NCBI GenBank assembly: GCA_963714675.1
Contig: CAVQPG010000003.1
Location: forward strand, 32,477-96,476
Length of the DNA: 64,000 nucleotides
DNA from: an uncultured Chloroflexia bacterium
GTDB lineage: Bacteria > Chloroflexota > Limnocylindria > Limnocylindrales > CSP1-4
Reading direction: 5' to 3'
Made by a program: the position numbers and the translations under genes. Position 1 is the first letter of the stretch. Every line of letters starts with the position of its first letter. Below are positions 58,407-64,000 of this stretch, piece by piece. The notes below the pieces were generated by a model. That model made no database searches, was not told where the DNA came from, and saw only the letters and a program-made list of their open reading frames with translations.

Positions 58407-59677
58407 GCCTGCTCGTCCACGAGATAGCGCCGTTCGTCGGCCGCCGTCCAGCGATCGACGTCGGTGATGACCGCACTCCGTCGATGCGGGTACACGATGG
58501 CCTTGCCTTGCACGCGACCGTCGCGGGCCATGGCCAGCAGCTCGGGCGCATGGTCGAGGTCGCCGACATGGCCGATGTGCGCAGCGGCGTCGATCTGACT
58601 GGTCGCCATCAGCCGCAGCGCCTCGATGACGTCCCAGGGCCCGCCACCCGATGAGCCGGTGATGTTGATCTCCTGGTAGTGCACGAAACGCTCGTCGATG
58701 CCGATGATCTCGTGGCCTGGCTTGAGCCCGGCGAAGAGGTCGAGCACCCCGTAGCGCGCCACCGAGTGTTGGACCTGCTCCATCAGCGCCCCGTCGGCAG
58801 CGGTGACGATGAGGTCGTCGGCTCCGGATCCGCCGCTGACCCGACGTATGACCGAGGCGAGGTCCTCGCCCGTGGTGTTGACGGTCACGAGCTCGACCCC
58901 GGCCGCGCTGGCCCGCGCCCCGAACGTCTCCCGGATTCAGGCCAGACGCTCGTCGCGACGTGCGCTGGCGACGATCACGCGCGGCCGGGCGGCGATGGCC
59001 AGGTCGACGTGGATGCGGCCCATCGGGCCTACCCCGATGACGACGGTGACGCCGTCGGGCTTCAATCCGGCCGTCGCCGTGCGCGGACCGGTGCGATCGG
59101 GCTGCGAGAGGTGCAGGTGGTGGGCATGTGAGCTGATGATGCAACTGATGGGCTCCGCGATGGCCGCATGCCCCGCCGGCAGCGAGTCATCGGGCAGCGG
59201 CAGCAGGCAACCGGCCTCGAGGACCTCCTCGGGGAGCAGGATGTACTCGGCGAGCAGGCCCGGCAGCGAGTAGCCGACCGCGATCTTGGCCACACCGCGA
59301 CCCCCGTCGCCGTAGCGCCCGAGGTGGTTGATGGGGGCGATGTCCACCGCCGGCTGCACCGCACAGCGCTGCCCGACCGTCCACGCTTCCGCCAACTCGG
59401 TGCCGACCTCCACGATCGTGACCACGCCTTCATCGCCGACGATGACTGGGTATCGCGCAGGATCCCAGCCGTGCATCAGCGGGTGGTCGGCGCCCTGGTC
59501 GACGAGCTTGTTGACCGAGGTGCAGATACCCGCCGCGTCGACGCGCGCCAGCAGCTGACGTGGACCCGGATGCCGAATCGGGATGGTTCGTACGCCTAGC
59601 GACTCAGCCCCGCGTCCGTCCAGCACGGTGGCTCGCATCTCGGTCGGGACCGTCCCGACCTCCCCCGGGCGGATCAC
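58403..59677 (-). CDS. Zinc-type/MDR alcohol dehydrogenase (L-sorbose-1-phosphate reductase-like); in-frame TGA at 58937-58939
   Basis: GICTS..K, GDEG, IAEPISC and GVGPMG, then FAG, VHY and GSSGG. The two ORFs lie in the same frame. Confidence 0.8.
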
Positions 59678-60610
59678 CGAGGAGGCTCGAGTCCGGCCAT
59701 CCGCCAAGCATCGTCTGGATCGGCCGGCCCGCTGAAGGTGTCGATCGTGGTCGTGCACAGTGCACCGAGGGCCGCGCCCATGCGGGCCGCGTCCTCGGCC
59801 CCGAAGCCATGGATCAGCGCGGTCAGCACGCCCCCGGTGAACGAATCGCCGGCACCGGTCGTGTCGATGGTGTCCACCCTGAAGGCTGGGACATGACCGA
59901 TGAAGTCATCGTGGTCGACCCACGCCCCGTTGGGCCCGTCAGTGACGATGGCGAAACGCACGCCCAGCTGGCGCAGTCGCGCGGCGGCAGCGGCCGGCTC
60001 AGCGATGCCCGTGATGCCCTCGGCCTCAGGGACGCTGGGGATGAACAGATCCGTGTACGGCAAGGCGGCCAGCACACGACCCCACTGGGCCGTGGAGTCA
60101 TGGACCACGTCGAGGCTGGTGTGCATGCCCCTGGCCTTGGCTCGCGCGAAGAGACTCGCCAGGGGCGCGCCGTCTGGATCGTCGAGCCCCGGCAGGATGA
60201 GTGCCCCGCCAACGTGGAGGAAGTCACTCTCCAGCCGCGGTTCGATGGTCTCGACGGTGATGGCGCCGTCTGCGCCGATGTTGTGCAGCATCGTGCGCTC
60301 GCCATCCTGGTCGACCGCCACCAACGACGTCGAGGTGGGTTGGTCCGAGGCCACGAACTCGACCTGCAGATGAGGCGCCGGCACGGTCTCGCGGAGCGAG
60401 CGACCGAAGACATCGTCCCCTACGGGGATGATCAAGCGCGTCTCGATACCCATCCCCGCAAGCACACGTCCGGTGCGCAGAGCGGGTCCGCCCGCCGCGG
60501 TCGAGAAGGTGTCCACGAGTCCGAGCACTCCGATGGGCAGCGGCCCGGCTGCCTTGGCGAGGACGTCGAAGGTGGCACTGCCGGCACAGGTCAGTCTGGA
60601 TCTCGCTCAT
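59674..60610 (-). CDS. PfkB-family carbohydrate kinase; 1-nt frameshift near 60598
   Basis: GG.A, VGDD.FG, GERT and DTTGAGDSFTGG. Removing one C gives MSEIRLTCAGSATFDV. Confidence 0.87.
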
Positions 60611-60803
60611 CGCTCGATGATAGGGCCGTGGCATCGACGGATGCGCGATCCCCGTGGCATGTCCGTAACGGGACGGACTAGTACTGATGGGCCCCTGCCA
60701 ACCGCACTCGACTACACCCAACATGGGCGCAGCCAGTCCGCCGTACGGGACCTGAACCGATTCCCATGCACCCTGAACGCCACACGCATGCCGAGTCCGC
60801 GCG

Positions 60804-63332
60804 ATGACCGAACCCCGTCTCTGTCAGGGCTGCGGTCGGGAGAACGCGCCCGACGCGTTGTTCTGTGCGGCCTGTGAGGCGTTGCTGCCGCTCGACAGCG
60901 CGACATTGGGCGCTGAGGCGACCGGCTCCGCGATCGAGCCTGCGGAAGTCCTGCGCTGCCCGAGCTGCCTGACCCGCAACACGGCCGACCAGGTCTACTG
61001 CTGGCGCTGTCTGCACGAGCTGCACGCCGCCGACGTCATCGACGATGCCGCGCCACGCCCGCTCACAGCGGCCCTGGCCAAGGCCGAGAACATGGCCGCG
61101 CCGGACCTCGGTCCGGAGGAGTCGCCCTTCGAGCCAGAGCCGCAACCTGGGGCTGAAGCCGAACCCTATCTCGACCCTGGCGCCAGGGCCGAACCAGAAC
61201 CGGAAGCCGAACCAGAACCGGAAGCCGAACCAGAACCGGAAGCCGAACCAGCGCTGGCAGCGTCGGTGCGGTTCGAGGAGGGATCGGCACCGGCCGCGCC
61301 GGTCGAGACTGTGGTCATCCCGGCTCCTGTCGAGCGACCGCGAGACGTCTCACTCATGCCGACGTTCGCCGCGGCTACGGCCATCGAACGCGACCGAGAG
61401 CAGCAGCGACGTGTGCGGTTCGGGGCCATCGCCGCGGTCGTCGCGCTCACCGCGATGGGCGCCTTCGCCGCTGCCTGGGTGTTCGGGTCTGGGGATGACG
61501 GTGCTCCGGTGACCGCCGCGGCAACCGCGACACCACGCGTCGAGACCACGCTTGCGTCGGAGCCGCCGACGGTGCCGGTAGCGGCCAAGCTCGATCCAGA
61601 GCCGACGCCTACTCCAACGCCGGAGCCGACACCGACTCCGACACCCGAGCCCACGCCAGCGCCCACGCCTACGCCCACGCCGGAGCCGACGCCTACGCCC
61701 ACGCCCGAGCCGACGCCTACGCCCACGCCCGAGCCGACGCCTACGCCCACGCCGGAGCCGACGCCTACGCCCACGCCGGAGCCGACGCCTACGCCCACGC
61801 CGGAGCCGACGCCTACGCCCACGCCCGAGCCGACGCCTACGCCCACGCCGGAGCCGACGCCTACGCCCACGCCGGAGCCGACGCCTACGCCCACGCCCGA
61901 GCCGACGCCTACGCCCACGCCCGAGCCGACGCCTACGCCCACGCCCGAGCCGACGCCCACGCCTACGCCCGAGCCGACGCCCACGCCTACGCCCGAGCCG
62001 ACGCCTACGCCCACACCAGCGCCGACACCGACACCCACGCCCGAGCCCACGCCCGAGCCGACACCCACGGCCTCACCAGCACCGACACCCACGCCCACGC
62101 CCACGCCTGAGCCGACACCGACTCCGACGCCTGAACCCACGCCAGCGCCGACACTGACGCCCACGCCTGAGCCGACACCGACTCCGACGCCTGAACCCAC
62201 GCCAGCGCCGACACTGACGCCCACGCCGGTACCAGCGCCTACGCCCACACCCGAGCCCACACCCGAGCCGACGCCGGTACCAACGCCTACACCCACACCC
62301 GAGCCGACACCCGAGCCCACACCAACGCCCGCGACGGATATCACGCCGACGGCCGTGACTACCGAGCCCACGGCCGCGCTCGCCTGCGGTGACGAGCAGA
62401 TCTCCACCGGCGACGAGCGTGCCGGCGTCGTCGTGGCACAAGCTTGCGAACCGGCCGACGAGGCGATCGGAACACTCACCCTGCAGACCTACCAGGCCGC
62501 CGCTGACCTCCGTGATGCCTGGCAGGAAGTCGCCGTGACGACACCGGAGCTCATCGCTGCCGACGAGGTCTGCGCGAACGAGACGCCCGGTTCAGACAAG
62601 TGGGGCTTCGGCAACATCGTTTGTGGCACCGCGGACGGAAGGGCCCAGATCCGCTGGACCGACGCTCGCTCCGACTCGCTTGGTGTCGTCGAAAGCACCA
62701 ACGATGATGTCGCGGCACTCTACGAATGGTGGCGGACCAACGCGCGCACGCTTGGGCGCGATGTCAATAAGCCCGAAACCAAGACGACCGAGCCGAGGAA
62801 GTCGGCCAAGCCCAAGCCAACTCCGGTGCCCCGCAAGCTCGTGCGCGTGCCAGGCAAGCCCAGCAGCGCGACGTGCGCGGCGACGATCCCGCCGATCCCT
62901 GATGAGTGGGACCGAACCTGGAACATCTCCCGGGTCAACTTCAAGAACGAGAGTGGCTACGAGCGAGTCGTGCTCCAACTCGAGCGCACCGGCAAGAACC
63001 GCTCCAGGACGCCCACTCGGGCAACCGTCTCACGCACGAGCGTCAACAAGCTGCGGAGGGCCGTGCCCAGGGCACCCACACCCACCCGCGGCAAGGTCGC
63101 CATCGCAGTCGAGATCGACGGCATCGACGACGCACCCAGCCTCTACAACTTCAAGCCCAGCAGTCTCGACTACGTGAAGCAGATCTCCATCGTGAAGACC
63201 AACGGCAGCTGGACCGTGGTGATCGCCGCCCCGCAGGCCACCTGCTACCAGGTGCGGATCCCGATCTGGAGCGCGGCCGCCACGGGCAGGGAGAGTAGCG
63301 CCGAGATCTACATCGATCTCAAGCCGCGCTAG
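60804..63332 (+). CDS. Double zinc-ribbon, single-TM protein with very long Pro/Thr linker and two extracellular domains
   Basis: CQGC/CAAC and CPSC/CWRC; EPEAEP repeats; TM helix; (PEPTPTPT)n; Cys-containing domain ending LYEWW; AMIN-like YERVVLQL domain. Confidence 0.8.
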   Translation: MTEPRLCQGCGRENAPDALFCAACEALLPLDSATLGAEATGSAIEPAEVLRCPSCLTRNTADQVYCWRCLHELHAADVIDDAAPRPLTAALAKAENMAAPDLGPEESPFEPEPQPGAEAEPYLDPGARAEPEPEAEPEPEAEPEPEAEPALAASVRFEEGSAPAAPVETVVIPAPVERPRDVSLMPTFAAATAIERDREQQRRVRFGAIAAVVALTAMGAFAAAWVFGSGDDGAPVTAAATATPRVETTLASEPPTVPVAAKLDPEPTPTPTPEPTPTPTPEPTPAPTPTPTPEPTPTPTPEPTPTPTPEPTPTPTPEPTPTPTPEPTPTPTPEPTPTPTPEPTPTPTPEPTPTPTPEPTPTPTPEPTPTPTPEPTPTPTPEPTPTPTPEPTPTPTPEPTPTPTPAPTPTPTPEPTPEPTPTASPAPTPTPTPTPEPTPTPTPEPTPAPTLTPTPEPTPTPTPEPTPAPTLTPTPVPAPTPTPEPTPEPTPVPTPTPTPEPTPEPTPTPATDITPTAVTTEPTAALACGDEQISTGDERAGVVVAQACEPADEAIGTLTLQTYQAAADLRDAWQEVAVTTPELIAADEVCANETPGSDKWGFGNIVCGTADGRAQIRWTDARSDSLGVVESTNDDVAALYEWWRTNARTLGRDVNKPETKTTEPRKSAKPKPTPVPRKLVRVPGKPSSATCAATIPPIPDEWDRTWNISRVNFKNESGYERVVLQLERTGKNRSRTPTRATVSRTSVNKLRRAVPRAPTPTRGKVAIAVEIDGIDDAPSLYNFKPSSLDYVKQISIVKTNGSWTVVIAAPQATCYQVRIPIWSAAATGRESSAEIYIDLKPR
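61597..62330 (+). repeat. Coding 24-bp tandem repeat (PEPTPTPT), roughly 30 units
   Basis: GAGCCGACGCCTACGCCCACGCC(G/C), near-perfect from about 61680 to 62010 and degenerate at the flanks. Confidence 0.9.
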
Positions 63333-63335
63333 CGG

Positions 63336-64000
63336 TCAGAGCCGATGGGAGATCGGCGCGACCGCCGGATAGACCTCCCGATAGCGCTCGTACAGCTCCG
63401 TGTAGGCCGCGTGTCTCGCCGGATCGGGCTCATACGTGTCGGTCAACTCGAGGAACCGCTCCGCTCCCTCGACCGCTGAGGGCCAGAGGCCGGCGCCGGT
63501 GCCGGCCAGCAGCGCCGCCCCGAAGGCTGCCGCTTCGGTGATGCGCGGGGTGATGACCGAGATCCCGGTGATGTCCGCTTTCAACTGCAGCCACAGCTGT
63601 GACCTGGCTCCACCCCCGATCGCCCGCAGCACATCGATGGCCACTCCCCCATCGCGCAGCAGGTCAAGGTTGACGCGCAGCTCGTAGGTCAGGCCCTCGA
63701 GGATGGCCTTGGCCAGGTCGGTCCTCGAGGTCGAGAAGGTGAGCCCCAGGATGGCGCCCCTCGAGGCGGTGTCGAAGGTGGGTGTACCGGCACCGGCCAG
63801 ATGCGGCAGCACCAGCAGGCCCGACGGGTCGGCCGAGGCACCTTCGAGGATGAAGTCGTAGGCATCGGCGCCAGACGCGGCCGCGCGGGCGAGCTGCGGC
63901 TCACAGAAGCCATCGCGGAACCAGCGCAGCGCCAGCCCACCGCTGTGATTCAAGGTCATGGCCAGGAACAGCCCGGGCACCGTCGACCGGTAGACGCTGA
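63336..64000 (-). CDS. FGGY-family carbohydrate kinase (xylulokinase-like), C-terminal part
   Basis: GLALRWFRD, LPHLAG, RGAILGL, AILEG, GGGARS.LWLQLKAD and EAAAFGAALLA. Runs off the window end. Confidence 0.88.
   Translation of the reverse strand, partial: SVYRSTVPGLFLAMTLNHSGGLALRWFRDGFCEPQLARAAASGADAYDFILEGASADPSGLLVLPHLAGAGTPTFDTASRGAILGLTFSTSRTDLAKAILEGLTYELRVNLDLLRDGGVAIDVLRAIGGGARSQLWLQLKADITGISVITPRITEAAAFGAALLAGTGAGLWPSAVEGAERFLELTDTYEPDPARHAAYTELYERYREVYPAVAPISHRL

Noticed and set aside
61166-62479. 437-aa Gly/Val-rich ORF on the minus strand
   Set aside because: It is the antisense reading of the PEPTPTPT repeat, with no independent coding signals.

Overview
High-GC bacterial chromosome segment with about 57 genes. 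I found no rRNA, tRNA, CRISPR array, transposase or phage genes. The high GC, leaderless genes, LLM oxidoreductases and Pro/Thr-rich secreted proteins suggest a soil or sediment Chloroflexota- or Actinomycetota-like organism (inference only). Main blocks: (1) a P-loop kinase/degenerate DAG-kinase fusion divergent from an acyl-CoA ligase-ACP-acyltransferase fusion; (2) sugar catabolic genes and a DasR/NagR-type amino-sugar locus, in which a GH84 O-GlcNAcase-like hydrolase and a stand-alone homologue of the O-GlcNAcase pseudo-HAT domain flank four dre-like boxes; (3) a collagen-like secreted protein; (4) NAD-dependent Mo-formate dehydrogenase fdsGBA-fdhD-mobA; (5) a circularly permuted ATP-grasp/alpha-E/transglutaminase operon; (6) an N-formylglutamate amidohydrolase + DUF1704 (MATCAP-like) zincin + GshB-like ATP-grasp operon; (7) a 23-bp tandem repeat and hairpin region upstream of a GH94 phosphorylase; (8) polyol-phosphate catabolism genes and a zinc-ribbon/PT-linker surface protein. 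About ten single-base frameshifts and one in-frame stop in otherwise intact genes point to uncorrected long-read errors. All family calls come from motif recognition by eye, not from database searches.
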